From Candidatus Tokpelaia sp. JSC188 (lineage in GTDB: Bacteria > Pseudomonadota > Alphaproteobacteria > Rhizobiales > Rhizobiaceae): a stretch of 64,000 bases of DNA. The notes under the pieces are model-generated. The model did not search any database. It had not been told where the DNA came from and worked only from the letters and a program-made list of their open reading frames with translations. Shown here one piece after another: positions 9,033 to 19,933 of the stretch (the stretch's first letter is position 1; every line of letters starts with the position of its first letter). The position numbers and the translations under genes are program-made. The stretch is from the NCBI GenBank assembly GCA_003331065.1, contig QENB01000008.1, positions 20,483 through 84,482 of the forward strand, written 5' to 3'.

Positions 9033-11459
9033 ATGCAGGAAAGTTCTGAGAAGATTTTTGTAGTAGAAAATGGGCTTTACGCTGTTTTACCGCTACGTGA
9101 TGTTGTCGTTTTCCCGCATATGATCGTACCACTATTTGTTGGGCGCGAGAAATCCATTCATGCACTAGAAGAAGCAATGCGGGAAAACAAAAAGATACTG
9201 CTTGTTACACAAAAAAATGCTACGGATGATGATCCAAAGCCTGAAGCGATTTACAGTGTTGGAACATTTGCTAGTATTTTACAACTTTTAAAATTGCCAG
9301 ATGGCACGATTAAAGTGCTGGTCGAAGGTGTTGCTAGAGCTGGCCTTGTTCGATTTGTTGATAAAGGAATTTATCTTCAGGCTGATGCCAAGATCTTACA
9401 CGAAATTATTGAAGATGCCGTAGAAGTAGAGGCACTTGCCCGTTCTGTAGTTGCCGATTTCGAGAATTATGTGAAACTTAACAAAAAGATTTCACCGGAA
9501 GTTGTCAGCGCTGTCAGCCAGATTGAAAGCCCTTCCAAGCTTGCCGATACGATTGCATCACATTTGACAATAAAATTGTCAGAAAAACAGGAAATGCTAG
9601 CTTTGCTTTCAATTCATGCTCGGCTAGAAAAAGCCTTAAGCTTTATGGAATCAGAAATTTCTGTGTTACAGGTTGAAAAGCGTATTCGCTCACGTGTAAA
9701 ACGGCAGATGGAAAAGACACAACGCGAATATTACTTGAATGAGCAAATGAAGGCAATTCAGAGAGAACTTGGGGAAAATGAAGATGGGCGCGACGAAATT
9801 TCTGAACTGGAAGAAACCGTTAAGACAATCAAGCTAACGAAGGAAGCGCGTGAAAAAGCGTTATCTGAAATCAAGAAATTGCGTTCTATGTCGCCAATGT
9901 CTGCGGAAGCAACTGTTGTGCGCAATTACCTTGATTGGCTGCTTACTATTCCGTGGAATAAAAAATCTAAGATCAAAAAAGATCTCAAATTGGCAGAAAG
10001 AATGCTAGATGCAGCACACTTCGGCTTGGATAAAGTTAAGGAGCGCATTGTTGAATATCTGGCTGTGCAAAGCCGTGCTGCGAAAATTAAGGGCCCAATT
10101 CTTTGCTTTGTTGGGCCTCCAGGTGTTGGCAAAACTTCATTAGCTCGCTCTATTGCTAAAGTAACGGGCCGTGAATATGTTCGTATGTCATTGGGCGGTG
10201 TACGTGACGAATCTGAAATTCGCGGTCACCGTCGTACTTACATTGGATCCATGCCGGGTAAAATTGTGCAATCGATGAAAAAGGCTAAAAAATCAAATCC
10301 ACTTTTCCTTCTTGATGAAATTGATAAGATGGGTCAGGATTTCCGTGGTGACCCTTCTTCAGCATTGCTTGAAGTGCTTGATCCAGAACAAAATTCAACT
10401 TTTATGGACCATTATCTAGAGGTCGAATATGACCTCTCAGACGTTATGTTTATAACAACAGCTAATACGCTAAATATCCCAGGACCTTTATTAGATCGTA
10501 TGGAAATCATACGAATTGCCGGTTATACGGAAGATGAAAAGCTTCAGATTGTTACGCGCCATCTTTTGCCTAAAGTCATCAGCGAACATGCTTTGCAAGC
10601 AAAGGAGTTTTCAGTTGATAAGGAAGCAATTCACGCCATTATACAGGATTATACTCGTGAAGCTGGTGTTCGCAATCTTGAGCGTGAACTAATGAAACTC
10701 GCGCGTAAGGTTATTACGGCGATTATCAAAAAAAGTAAATATCATTTAATTCATATCACGCGTGATAATGTTGTTGATTATCTAGGTGTTAAACGTTACC
10801 GGTTTGGTCAGATTGAAGGAGAAGACCAAATCGGCATTGTGACTGGGCTCGCATGGACAGAAGTCGGAGGCGAACTTCTCACTATCGAAGGCGTTATGAT
10901 GACTGGGAAAGGTCGGATGACTGTAACAGGTAATTTGCGCGACGTTATGAAGGAATCTATTTCAGCAGCAGCTTCTTATGTGCGTTCGCGCGCTATGGAT
11001 TTTGGTATTGAACCACCGTTTTTTGATAAACGCGACATTCACGTGCACGTACCAGAAGGAGCAACTCCAAAGGATGGGCCATCGGCAGGTATTGCTATGA
11101 TGACAGCAATAGTATCAGCCATGACTGGCATTCCAGTTCGCAAGGATATTGCCATGACAGGTGAAATTACCTTGCGCGGCCGTGTTTTACCAATTGGCGG
11201 GTTAAAAGAAAAATTGCTTGCAGCTCTTCGAGGTGGAATTAAGAAGGTTCTTATTCCCGAAGAGAATGCTACAGATCTGGTAGAAATTCCAGATAATGTG
11301 AAAAACAATCTGGAGATTGTTCCTATTTCCAATGCCATAGAAGTGCTACAGAATGCACTTGTTCGTGAACCGGAAGCAATTAACTGGAAAGATCCTCTTT
11401 TGCTGGAATCAATCCTAACAAATGAAGACGATGTATCAAATCAATCCGTAGCTCATTGA
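9033..11459 (+). CDS. lon: Lon protease
   Basis: 808 aa with N-domain LPLRDVVVFPHMIVPLFVGR, Walker A GPPGVGKTS and catalytic Ser in PKDGPSAGIAM. Confidence 0.97.
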   Translation: MQESSEKIFVVENGLYAVLPLRDVVVFPHMIVPLFVGREKSIHALEEAMRENKKILLVTQKNATDDDPKPEAIYSVGTFASILQLLKLPDGTIKVLVEGVARAGLVRFVDKGIYLQADAKILHEIIEDAVEVEALARSVVADFENYVKLNKKISPEVVSAVSQIESPSKLADTIASHLTIKLSEKQEMLALLSIHARLEKALSFMESEISVLQVEKRIRSRVKRQMEKTQREYYLNEQMKAIQRELGENEDGRDEISELEETVKTIKLTKEAREKALSEIKKLRSMSPMSAEATVVRNYLDWLLTIPWNKKSKIKKDLKLAERMLDAAHFGLDKVKERIVEYLAVQSRAAKIKGPILCFVGPPGVGKTSLARSIAKVTGREYVRMSLGGVRDESEIRGHRRTYIGSMPGKIVQSMKKAKKSNPLFLLDEIDKMGQDFRGDPSSALLEVLDPEQNSTFMDHYLEVEYDLSDVMFITTANTLNIPGPLLDRMEIIRIAGYTEDEKLQIVTRHLLPKVISEHALQAKEFSVDKEAIHAIIQDYTREAGVRNLERELMKLARKVITAIIKKSKYHLIHITRDNVVDYLGVKRYRFGQIEGEDQIGIVTGLAWTEVGGELLTIEGVMMTGKGRMTVTGNLRDVMKESISAAASYVRSRAMDFGIEPPFFDKRDIHVHVPEGATPKDGPSAGIAMMTAIVSAMTGIPVRKDIAMTGEITLRGRVLPIGGLKEKLLAALRGGIKKVLIPEENATDLVEIPDNVKNNLEIVPISNAIEVLQNALVREPEAINWKDPLLLESILTNEDDVSNQSVAH

Positions 11460-11666
11460 TTTCCAAAAAAATACAGGATAAATTCATCCATTCTCTATTT
11501 TTAGGTGTCAATAAGTTGTAATAGTTTTTGGGTTGTTGCATAGAGCTGTGTTGAATGGCTAAAGGTCGGTGTTTTTTGTTTTTTTTATTCACTAAATTTT
11601 TGAATAACCTTGAACCCTGAGAGATACAAATTAAATGCCGAGTCAACTCAGAGAAAGGAAATGCCT

Positions 11667-11945
11667 ATGAACAAAAACGAATTGATCAGTTCAATAGCTG
11701 AGAGAGCCGGTCTTTCTAAAGCCAAAGCAGCTGAAGCTATAGATGCTTTCGTCACTTCTATTATAAACACTCTCAGTGAAGGTGGTGACATACGTATTCC
11801 AGGTTTTGGAACTTTTGAAATTTTACACCGTAAAGCAACAAAAGGTCGTAATCCTTTAACAGGCGCTGAAATTCAGATTCCTTCTCGTAAAGTGCCAAAA
11901 TTTAGTGCTGGAAAATTAATGAAAGAATCTGTCAATAGGAAATAA
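11667..11945 (+). CDS. hupB: DNA-binding protein HU-beta
   Basis: MNKNELISSIAERAGLSKAKA...GFGTFEILHRKATKGRNPLTGAEIQIPSRKVPKFSAGK. AGGAA lies upstream of the ATG at 11667. The track ORF starts further upstream at 11610. Confidence 0.93.
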   Translation: MNKNELISSIAERAGLSKAKAAEAIDAFVTSIINTLSEGGDIRIPGFGTFEILHRKATKGRNPLTGAEIQIPSRKVPKFSAGKLMKESVNRK

Positions 11946-11965
11946 TACCCTCATTTTGGGTGTCA

Positions 11966-11993
11966 AATAACCGCTGTTTCAACAGCGGTTATT
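11966..11993 (+). terminator. Perfect 13-nt inverted repeat (AATAACCGCTGTT / AACAGCGGTTATT) just downstream of hupB; possible terminator hairpin
   Basis: Read directly from the sequence. The arms are 11966-11978 and 11981-11993, and no clear T-tract follows. Confidence 0.45.
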
Positions 11994-12555
11994 CGTGCGA
12001 TGTAGCATTGGTTGTGATTTAATATAGGTAGGGTATTGAAAAAGATCAATTTTTCGTTTATTGATGCCTAAAAAAAGATAATATTAAGCTTAATTGTGCA
12101 ACAGATATTTGGTGATCTCATTTTTAGCTTTGCTGAACCACATATCTAATACTCTTATGTTCTTTTTCCATATAATTTAAGTTACCCCAAGATACGAATC
12201 CCGACAGTATGTGGGGGATATCTCTGCTTGTATCTTCTCTTATCAATCCAGGGTGCAAGATTTTTTAAGTATCCATGGAAATTTCTATTTAACAAATGTC
12301 AAAGCATAAAAAGTATAATCAGAAAACTATTCTTCTTCATGTATTTTTTAAGACTGTTGATTGTATGTTGAACGTTTCAATTAAAAGTTCACTAACTTAA
12401 ATATAGAGCATCTTCTGGCTAATTTAGGTTTTTATAAAACAAATTAGTAACCCAAGAATCTTATTCTATGCATCTAATATGATTAACATTGTGGATAATC
12501 AGGATTATGCACAGAATTTTATGGATTCAATTTCAATAGTTGGAGGGGAGATAAT

Positions 12556-13977
12556 GTGAGAATTTATATTCAGAAAACTGTAATTCTTTTCAGAAAATCT
12601 GTTTATACTATTGCAATCACAATCGGTTTAACTTCCGCTGGGCATACAATGTCTAAAGGTGGTTTTCTTGATAAATACGCTGCTATTGTCATAGATGCCA
12701 ATACCGGGAAAACCCTTTATCAGAAGAATGCTAACGCCAAACGTTATCCTGCTTCATTGACAAAAATGATGACTCTTTACATGTTTTTTGAGGCATTGCA
12801 GAAGGGGCGCATATCCCGTAATACACCAATCCCTGTTTCATCCCATGCTGCTTCACGTCCCCCAACAAAACTTGGTTTTAGCCCTGGACAGACCATTATC
12901 GCCGAAACAGCAATTAAAGCCTTAATTGCTAAATCAGCCAATGATGTCGCTGCTGCAATTGGCGAATATCTTGGGGGATCGGAAAAGAACTTTGCCCGGA
13001 TGATGACAGAAAAAGCTCGAAGGTTGGGTATGATGAATACCAACTTTATAAATGCTTCAGGATTGCCTGATCCAAAAAATTACTCTACTGCCCGAGACAT
13101 AGCCATTCTTTCCCTAGCTCTTCGGGAACATTTTCCTCAGCAATATAGGTTGTTTAATACGACTCAGTTCAAATTTCGTAATAAAATTATTGCTAGTCAT
13201 AATAACTTGATAAAATACATGGATGGTGTTGATGGAATTAAAACTGGCTATACCAATATGTCTGGTTTTAATTTAGCTAGTTCAAGAAGGCAGGGAAAAA
13301 AAAGAATTGTTGCTGTTGTAATGGGCGGGAAAACCGCCTCTTCGCGTGATGCGCATATGGCGGATCTTCTTGAGCGTTACATGATGCAAGCCAGTATTGC
13401 AACGGCTACAAAGACATTTATTGCTGATCGTACGCATATGTTCGATAAAGTCAACGCTGTGCCGATGCCGACACCCAAAACCTTTATCCTGCTTTCTGAA
13501 AAATCTATTGCCATTCCCATTATGAAAAACACGATCAGTGATCATGAATATGATTCAATACTCTTGACAGCACTCTCAAGTAAAACTTTTGCTTCTTCTG
13601 CAGCTCCTGCTGAGCAAAATGAGATTATTATAAATAATCCACCAATTCCTGCTCATAAGACAGAAAAGGGTATTGATTCTGAAGTTACAGCCTCTAATGA
13701 CATGCTATCAAGCTTTATTGAGAATAAAAAAAAGGAATGGGTTATTCAAATCGCTTCTTTAGCAAGCCAAAACGAGGCTGATCAAATCCTTAAAAAAGCT
13801 GCAGATAGTATGCAGACTGTATTGGAAAATGCAATATCCTATACGCTCTTTTTTGAACAAGGAGAGGTGCATTATTATCGTGCACGTTTCAGCGGGTTCT
13901 CATCAAAACAGGCGGCTTGGAACGCTTGCTTGCAACTGAAAAAAGCGCACTTTGGCTGTTACGCTCTGCAAGAATAA
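12556..13977 (+). CDS. D-alanyl-D-alanine carboxypeptidase (PBP5/6 class serine hydrolase) with C-terminal SPOR domain
   Basis: SxxK (SLTKMM), SxN (SANDVA) and KTG (KTGYT) motifs. An N-terminal signal-like segment is present. The C-terminus WVIQIASLASQNEADQILKKA...YYRARFSGFSSKQAAWNACLQLKK looks like a SPOR fold. GGAGG precedes the GTG at 12556. Confidence 0.8.
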   Translation: MRIYIQKTVILFRKSVYTIAITIGLTSAGHTMSKGGFLDKYAAIVIDANTGKTLYQKNANAKRYPASLTKMMTLYMFFEALQKGRISRNTPIPVSSHAASRPPTKLGFSPGQTIIAETAIKALIAKSANDVAAAIGEYLGGSEKNFARMMTEKARRLGMMNTNFINASGLPDPKNYSTARDIAILSLALREHFPQQYRLFNTTQFKFRNKIIASHNNLIKYMDGVDGIKTGYTNMSGFNLASSRRQGKKRIVAVVMGGKTASSRDAHMADLLERYMMQASIATATKTFIADRTHMFDKVNAVPMPTPKTFILLSEKSIAIPIMKNTISDHEYDSILLTALSSKTFASSAAPAEQNEIIINNPPIPAHKTEKGIDSEVTASNDMLSSFIENKKKEWVIQIASLASQNEADQILKKAADSMQTVLENAISYTLFFEQGEVHYYRARFSGFSSKQAAWNACLQLKKAHFGCYALQE

Positions 13978-14420
13978 AAACAATCAAAGACCTTAATTTA
14001 AAATGAAATGATAAAGCAGCAGCTTCTACTGCAGAACAGGCAGGACTCGCTGATTAAAGTGTAGCTGATTGAGAGGTTTTATTATATGATTTTCTGTCGA
14101 ATATTTCGAAATCAATCCGCTAAAAAGCAAGAAATAATTTAGAAAAATAACTGTAAATCCACACCCCCCTCTAAAGATAAAACAGCAATGGTTTCAATAA
14201 GCCGATCCATCCGGCACTTCAGCAGCGAAAGAAGATATGTTAGAAAGAATTACTGCTAAAAATAGCACAGACGGTTATACTATCCAACAAAAAACTTGCA
14301 CTAATTTGACAGATATATCTTTTCGTTTCTGGCATCAATAAACGAAAACTTCAGAAACTGATTCTGCTTATCAGAACTAAGTTCACAGTTACTTTTTAAC
14401 ATAAAAGTTTAGAATATTTT

Positions 14421-14852
14421 TTAAATTTTCCTGAGAACACTGCGTATCTTTTTTGCTGCTTTCTCAATTTCTACCTTATCTGCTATCTTATTTGCATGAT
14501 ACTTAAGAGGTGTATTGTCAAAACATGGAATAATATGAAAATGCAGGTGATAAATAGTTTGGCCACTTGCAGCTTCGTTGAATTGCATCACTGTAATACC
14601 ATCAGAATCGAATGCTTTTTTGCTTGCCTTAGAAATTTTCTGTACAACTCTGATGATGTCAGTCAATGTCTCAGGGGCAGCATCCAGAAGATTACGTGAT
14701 GGCTTACGTGGAATAACTAGTGTATGTCCTATTTCTTGAGGCATGAGATCCATAAACGCTACCGTAGTTTCATCCTCATAAACGCAAATAGACGGAATTT
14801 CATTGCGTAAGATTTTTGCAAAGATGTTGTTCTCGTCATAAGGCAGTGTCAT
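14421..14852 (-). CDS. HIT-family (histidine triad) nucleotide hydrolase
   Basis: 143 aa with the histidine triad HLHFHIIP. Confidence 0.85.
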   Translation of the reverse strand: MTLPYDENNIFAKILRNEIPSICVYEDETTVAFMDLMPQEIGHTLVIPRKPSRNLLDAAPETLTDIIRVVQKISKASKKAFDSDGITVMQFNEAASGQTIYHLHFHIIPCFDNTPLKYHANKIADKVEIEKAAKKIRSVLRKI

Positions 14853-15355
14853 AAGTTAAGTTCTTTATTGTATGCTGCTTTTGGTAATATATTTCGAATT
14901 TCCAATACAGCTTCAACTTCAACCGTAGCGTCCATTGGTAGCACAGCTACGCCAACAGTTGAACGGGTGTGTTTTCCAGCTGCTCCAAGGACGTTAATAA
15001 AAAGATCTGAAGCACCGTTTGCAATCTTGGAAATATCAAAAAAACCAGGGTCTGTAGCCACGAATACAGTAATTTTGGTAACCTGTTTAATTTTTGAAAG
15101 ATCACCAAGTACAGCCTGTGCCTGTGCTAATATGTTAATCGCGCAGACTTCAGCTGCTTTTCTTGCGTTCTCAATGCTAACTTCTGTATCAACCTTGCCT
15201 GTTATTAGAAGCTTATTTTTAACAAGCGGCAGTTGGCCGGAAACAAAAAGCTGCTTTCCACTTTTGGCAGTTGTGATATAATTAGCGATTGGCGTAGCTG
15301 CCTCAGGGACGGAAATACCAAGTCTTTCAAGACGAAGTTTATTTATATCAGGCAT
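14849..15355 (-). CDS. RidA/YjgF-family protein
   Basis: 168 aa with a YjgF-like core (LFVSGQLP..., RSTVGVAVLPMDATVEVEAV). It overlaps the HIT gene by 4 nt. Confidence 0.7.
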   Translation of the reverse strand: MPDINKLRLERLGISVPEAATPIANYITTAKSGKQLFVSGQLPLVKNKLLITGKVDTEVSIENARKAAEVCAINILAQAQAVLGDLSKIKQVTKITVFVATDPGFFDISKIANGASDLFINVLGAAGKHTRSTVGVAVLPMDATVEVEAVLEIRNILPKAAYNKELNL

Positions 15356-15779
15356 GACACCTCTTTTTATTCGAAAACAATTTATAATGATCTACGATAG
15401 TCTGCTTTTAACGAGTTATTATTGAAACTGAAATAAAATTGGTAAAGTGACTCTTGACTATTCATAGAAACAGCTTTTCATTACTATCAAATTTTTCTCA
15501 AAAATCGAACAATAAATTTCGTCAAAAGAGGGAAATGGTGGATTAGTTAAAATCTAATATTGCATTCTTAAAGGTGTACATAAACTCATGAGAATTATTA
15601 TACAATTCAAAGGCAATAAAAACTACGTACGGTAGATAATAACGGTATATTTTCTCTATAATATTACTTGTCATTCTAATGAGAATGATGTAGAATAAGC
15701 GCTGATTTCGCACACGGATAAATTGGGACCAGCTGAGAATAAATTTTCTCTGACGTCCACCGGTGGTAGTTTTTTATTA

Positions 15780-15808
15780 CCCTTTCCGTGGAGGTTTAAC
15801 CGGAAAGG
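15780..15808 (+). promoter_or_regulatory. rpsB leader hairpin (CCTTTCCG / CGGAAAGG) overlapping the Shine-Dalgarno region
   Basis: An 8-bp perfect stem (15781-15788 and 15801-15808) has a 12-nt loop. The 3' arm runs into GGAAAGGAAG, 9 nt before the rpsB ATG. A 10-bp palindrome CCACCGGTGG lies at 15757-15766. Confidence 0.35.
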
Positions 15809-15816
15809 AAGATAGG

Positions 15817-16593
15817 ATGGCATTGCCTAGCTTTTCTATACGCCAACTTCTAGAAGCTGGTGTACATTTTGGTCATCAGACCCATCGTTGGAATCCAAAA
15901 ATGAGTTCCTACATTTATGGTGAACGTAACGATATTCATATTATCGATCTTTCCCAGACCGTTCCGATGTTGCGTTGTGCCATGCAAGTGATTTCTGATA
16001 CTGTTGCGGGTGGTGGTCGTCTTCTTTTTGTCGGTACTAAACGACAAGCATCGGAAGTTGTTGCTGATGCGGCCAAGTGTTCAGCACAATATTACGTTAA
16101 TGCACGCTGGCTTGGCGGTATGCTAACAAACTGGAGAACTGTTTCTAATTCTATTCAGCGTTTGTGTAAGCTTGATGGACTTCTGGTAGAGGAGGCACAG
16201 GGATTAACAAAAAAAGAACGTCTAAATCTCGGGCGTGAACGCAACAAGCTTGCTCGTGCTCTTGGTGGCATAAGAGATATGGGATCGATTCCGGATGTAA
16301 TATTTCTTATTGATACTAATAAGGAAGCAATTGCTATTAAAGAGGCGAAGCGCTTAAGAATCCCTATTATTGCTGTTATTGATACCAATTGTGATCCAGA
16401 TGGTATTGACTATCCAATACCTGGGAATGATGATGCACTTCGTGCTATTTCTTTTTATTGTAATTTAGCTGCAAAAGCAGCACTTGATGGCATTGCACGC
16501 CAGCAGGGAGCTATCGATTCTTCGGATATCAGTGTACAGATAAAACCGATTCCTGATGAAAACTTGATTGTGAATAAAACTGAGATTTCTTAA
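15817..16593 (+). CDS. rpsB: 30S ribosomal protein S2
   Basis: [29 protein letters not shown]. The internal ATG at 15817 is preferred to the track start at 15763. Confidence 0.95.
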   Translation: MALPSFSIRQLLEAGVHFGHQTHRWNPKMSSYIYGERNDIHIIDLSQTVPMLRCAMQVISDTVAGGGRLLFVGTKRQASEVVADAAKCSAQYYVNARWLGGMLTNWRTVSNSIQRLCKLDGLLVEEAQGLTKKERLNLGRERNKLARALGGIRDMGSIPDVIFLIDTNKEAIAIKEAKRLRIPIIAVIDTNCDPDGIDYPIPGNDDALRAISFYCNLAAKAALDGIARQQGAIDSSDISVQIKPIPDENLIVNKTEIS

Positions 16594-16727
16594 CCTAACT
16601 CTCTGAATAATTTTTTTGGCAATGATTGCTTTTAAGATATTGGGATTTATCGGTAATAATTGTGCATCAGGCTGTGGGGTAAAAAGGGTTTGTATGTGTC
16701 AATTTTTAATTTCAAAAAGGAAACTAA

Positions 16728-17648
16728 ATGAGTATTTCTGCATATCAGGTGAAAGAGCTACGTGAAATCACTGGTGCCGGTATGATGGATTGCAAGATTG
16801 CGCTTGTGGAAACAAGTGGCGATATAAAGATAGCTATTGATTGGCTTCGCAAGAAAGGAATTGCTCAAGCAGAGAAAAAGGCAGATCGTACAGCTTCTGA
16901 AGGTTTGATTAGTGCTGTATCAAATGGTAAAAAAGCTGTTTTGGTTGAGGTTAACTCTGAAACTGATTTCGTTGCTCGTAATGGAGCTTTTCAAGAAATT
17001 GTGCGCAATATTGCACAAGCTGCGCTTGAAACAGATGGTTCGCTTGAGGCTGTAACAGCAATATTATATCCAGGATCATCCAAAACTGTTGCTGATACGG
17101 TTAAAGACGCGGTTGGTATTATTGGTGAAAATATAAACCTACGTCGTGTTGCAATGCTTAGCGTCAAATCTGGTGTGATTGCTACCTATGTCCATAACAG
17201 TGTTTCAAATGGTCTTGGTAAGATGGGTGTTTTAGTCGCTATTGAGACAGAAGGCAGAAGAGAAGCTGCAGAGGCGTTCGGACGTCAGATCGCCATGCAT
17301 GTAGCAGCAACCAATCCTCTGGCATTGTCGAATTCAGAACTAGATCCAGTAGCAGTTGAGCGTGAAAAAGCGATTTTTTCCGAACAGGCCCGTCAATCCG
17401 GTAAGTCAGAGGATATCATTGAAAAAATGATCGAAGGTCGTTTACGTAAATTCTACGAAGAAGTCGTTCTATTGTCTCAGGCTTTTATTATAAATCCCGA
17501 TCATTCGGTTGAAGTTGCTTTAAAAGAAGCGGAAAAAAGCATTGGATCGCCTATCAAGATTAGTGGTTACATCCGTTTTGTTTTAGGTGAGGTCTTAAAA
17601 AAAGGAGAGGCTAATTTGGAAGACAAAAGAGTTGCTATTGAAAGATAA
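16728..17648 (+). CDS. tsf: Elongation factor Ts
   Basis: [29 protein letters not shown]-like N-terminus, 306 aa, directly downstream of rpsB. Confidence 0.95.
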   Translation: MSISAYQVKELREITGAGMMDCKIALVETSGDIKIAIDWLRKKGIAQAEKKADRTASEGLISAVSNGKKAVLVEVNSETDFVARNGAFQEIVRNIAQAALETDGSLEAVTAILYPGSSKTVADTVKDAVGIIGENINLRRVAMLSVKSGVIATYVHNSVSNGLGKMGVLVAIETEGRREAAEAFGRQIAMHVAATNPLALSNSELDPVAVEREKAIFSEQARQSGKSEDIIEKMIEGRLRKFYEEVVLLSQAFIINPDHSVEVALKEAEKSIGSPIKISGYIRFVLGEVLKKGEANLEDKRVAIER

Positions 17649-17860
17649 AATGACCTTTGTTCTCTATATTCAGGATATGTAAAAATACCTAACGTATTTG
17701 TTGGTTGCTGCTTACATCTACAGCTTTAGTAACGATTCCAGAATAGTTTGGTGAGCGGAAAATTATTTACGCGCAAGTGTTGCATCTACGTGACAATAGA
17801 ATGTCCTCCGGCTATTCATATGCAACTTCGTCAGTGTTATAATTACGGAAATGTTGAACT

Positions 17861-18628
17861 ATGGCAGATCGCCCATTTTGTAGACGGATTTTACTGAAAG
17901 CTTCAGGAGAAGCGTTGAGAGGAGGGAAGGATTTTGGTATTGATGTGTCTGTTGTAGACAGAGTAGCATCAGACGTTGCAGAAGTTCATGCTATTGGTAT
18001 GGAAGTTGGCATTGTTGTTGGAGGAGGGAATATTTTCCGAGGTATTGCTGGTGCCTTCTGTAGTGGTGATCGGGTCACCGGCGATCATATGGGGATGTTG
18101 GCTACAGCGATCAATTCTCTTGCGTTACGTACATCGTTGACTAAAATCGGTGTTGATTCTGTCGTTTTATCGGCGATTGCAATGCCGCAGATTTGTGAAA
18201 GTTATTCTCAACGCAAAGCTTTAGTCTACCTCAATATGGGTAAGGTGGTTATTTTTGCTGGAGGTACGGGAAATCCGTTTTTTACCACGGATTCTGCCGC
18301 TGCGTTACGTGCCGCTGAAATTAGGGCCGATTTGCTTCTTAAAGGCACACAGGTTGATGGCATTTATTCAGCTGACCCTAGGATAGATTCCTCTGCAACA
18401 CATTTTAAGCACCTATCGCATGAGCAATTGCTCAAATATAAGTTAACGATTATGGATGCGACAGCCGTCGCCTTAGCGAAGGAAAATGACATTCCGATAA
18501 TCGTTTACACCATTCGTAAAAAAGGTGGACTCGCAAAGGTATTAAAAGGTAAAGGCCGTTTTACAATTGTATCAGATAATCGTTCTTGGAGCACTAATTT
18601 TTTTGACAAAGAGATTGAAAATGAGTGA
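17861..18628 (+). CDS. pyrH: UMP kinase
   Basis: [20 protein letters not shown] and [20 protein letters not shown] motifs. Confidence 0.93.
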   Translation: MADRPFCRRILLKASGEALRGGKDFGIDVSVVDRVASDVAEVHAIGMEVGIVVGGGNIFRGIAGAFCSGDRVTGDHMGMLATAINSLALRTSLTKIGVDSVVLSAIAMPQICESYSQRKALVYLNMGKVVIFAGGTGNPFFTTDSAAALRAAEIRADLLLKGTQVDGIYSADPRIDSSATHFKHLSHEQLLKYKLTIMDATAVALAKENDIPIIVYTIRKKGGLAKVLKGKGRFTIVSDNRSWSTNFFDKEIENE

Positions 18629-19181
18629 CGCAGTTAAGCTAGATGATCTTAAACGCCGTATGAATGACGTAATCGCCGCTTTTAGACATGAGCTTGGCAG
18701 TTTACGAACTGGTCGAGCATCAGTCAATCTTCTTGATCCGATTATGGTTGAAGCTTATGGTTCTGTTATACCGATTAATCAAGTATCGTATGTTTCAGTG
18801 CTAGAACCACGTATGCTTTCCATATCGGTATGGAATAAATCAATGGTTTCTGCTGTAGAACGCGCTATCAGAGCTAGTGGATTGGGTCTTAATCCAATTA
18901 CGAGTGGAACAATTCTACGCATTCCTCTTCCAGAGCTTAACGAAGAACACCGATGTGACTTGGTCAAGGTTTCTCATCAATATGCCGAACAAGCTCGTAT
19001 TACTCTACGCTCTGTACGTCGTGATGGTATGAATGATTTAAAAAAAGCTGAAAAAAATAATAGCATCAGCCAAGATGAAGGCCGCAGACTTTCTGATAAA
19101 GTACAGAAATTGACAGACGATTCTATCGTAGAGGTTAATAAAATTCTTACTTCTAAGGAAGCTGAAATTATGCAAATTTAA
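18621..19181 (+). CDS. frr: Ribosome recycling factor
   Basis: [14 protein letters not shown]...[20 protein letters not shown]. The ATG at 18621 overlaps the pyrH stop (ATGAGTGA). Confidence 0.93.
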   Translation: MSDAVKLDDLKRRMNDVIAAFRHELGSLRTGRASVNLLDPIMVEAYGSVIPINQVSYVSVLEPRMLSISVWNKSMVSAVERAIRASGLGLNPITSGTILRIPLPELNEEHRCDLVKVSHQYAEQARITLRSVRRDGMNDLKKAEKNNSISQDEGRRLSDKVQKLTDDSIVEVNKILTSKEAEIMQI

Positions 19182-19204
19182 ATGGATTAAAGGTCTTTAA
19201 TACA

Positions 19205-19933
19205 ATGCTTCCATGCCATATTGCCATTATTATGGACGGGAACGGGCGTTGGGCGCGTGCGCGTAAGCTTCCACGTGTAGCAGGGCACAGGGCGGGCATG
19301 AAGACACTGCGGACAATTGTTCATCATGCAATCAATATCGGACTTAAATGGCTTACGCTATATGCATTTTCTTCTGAAAATTGGTCAAGGCCGGCTGATG
19401 AAGTGCAGTGCCTTTTGTCTCTTCTAAAACTGTTTATTTATCACGATTTAACTAAGCTGCATGCAAATAATGTGCGAGTCCATGTTATTGGTAACCGGAG
19501 TAACCTTGCTAAGGATATTATAGCGCTATTGCATCAGGCTGAAATGCTCACAGAAAAAAATACAGGTCTCGATCTTGTTGTGGCCTTCAATTATGGTAGT
19601 CGCAATGAGATCGTGCGTGCTGTCAGGAAAATTGCGATTGATATCATTTCTGGTAAAATTACAGGTGATGATATAACTGATACTCTTCTAGCATCGTATT
19701 TGGATACAGCCAAAATACCTGATCCCGATCTTATTATCCGTACAAGCGGTGAAATGCGCCTTTCCAATTTTTTGCTATGGCAAGCAGCTTATTCAGAGTT
19801 TAGTTTTGTGCCTTGCTTTTGGCCCGACTTTTCAGTTTCAGATTTTGAGGAAACGGTTGCAAGTTTTTATGCACGGGAACGACGTTTTGGTAATTTAAAA
19901 CGTTCTGATAGCATCAGAGAAGTAGCTTTATGA
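19205..19933 (+). CDS. uppS: Undecaprenyl diphosphate synthase
   Basis: HIAIIMDGNGRWA motif and ERRFG near the C-terminus. Confidence 0.93.
   Translation: MLPCHIAIIMDGNGRWARARKLPRVAGHRAGMKTLRTIVHHAINIGLKWLTLYAFSSENWSRPADEVQCLLSLLKLFIYHDLTKLHANNVRVHVIGNRSNLAKDIIALLHQAEMLTEKNTGLDLVVAFNYGSRNEIVRAVRKIAIDIISGKITGDDITDTLLASYLDTAKIPDPDLIIRTSGEMRLSNFLLWQAAYSEFSFVPCFWPDFSVSDFEETVASFYARERRFGNLKRSDSIREVAL

Noticed and set aside
18621-18628. The identical 8-nt start/stop overlap ATGAGTGA (extended AATGAGTGACG) occurs at both pyrH/frr and cobN/cobO (57287-57294)
   Set aside because: It is a common translational-coupling configuration. The 11-nt identity is most simply coincidence, because both downstream proteins begin MSD.
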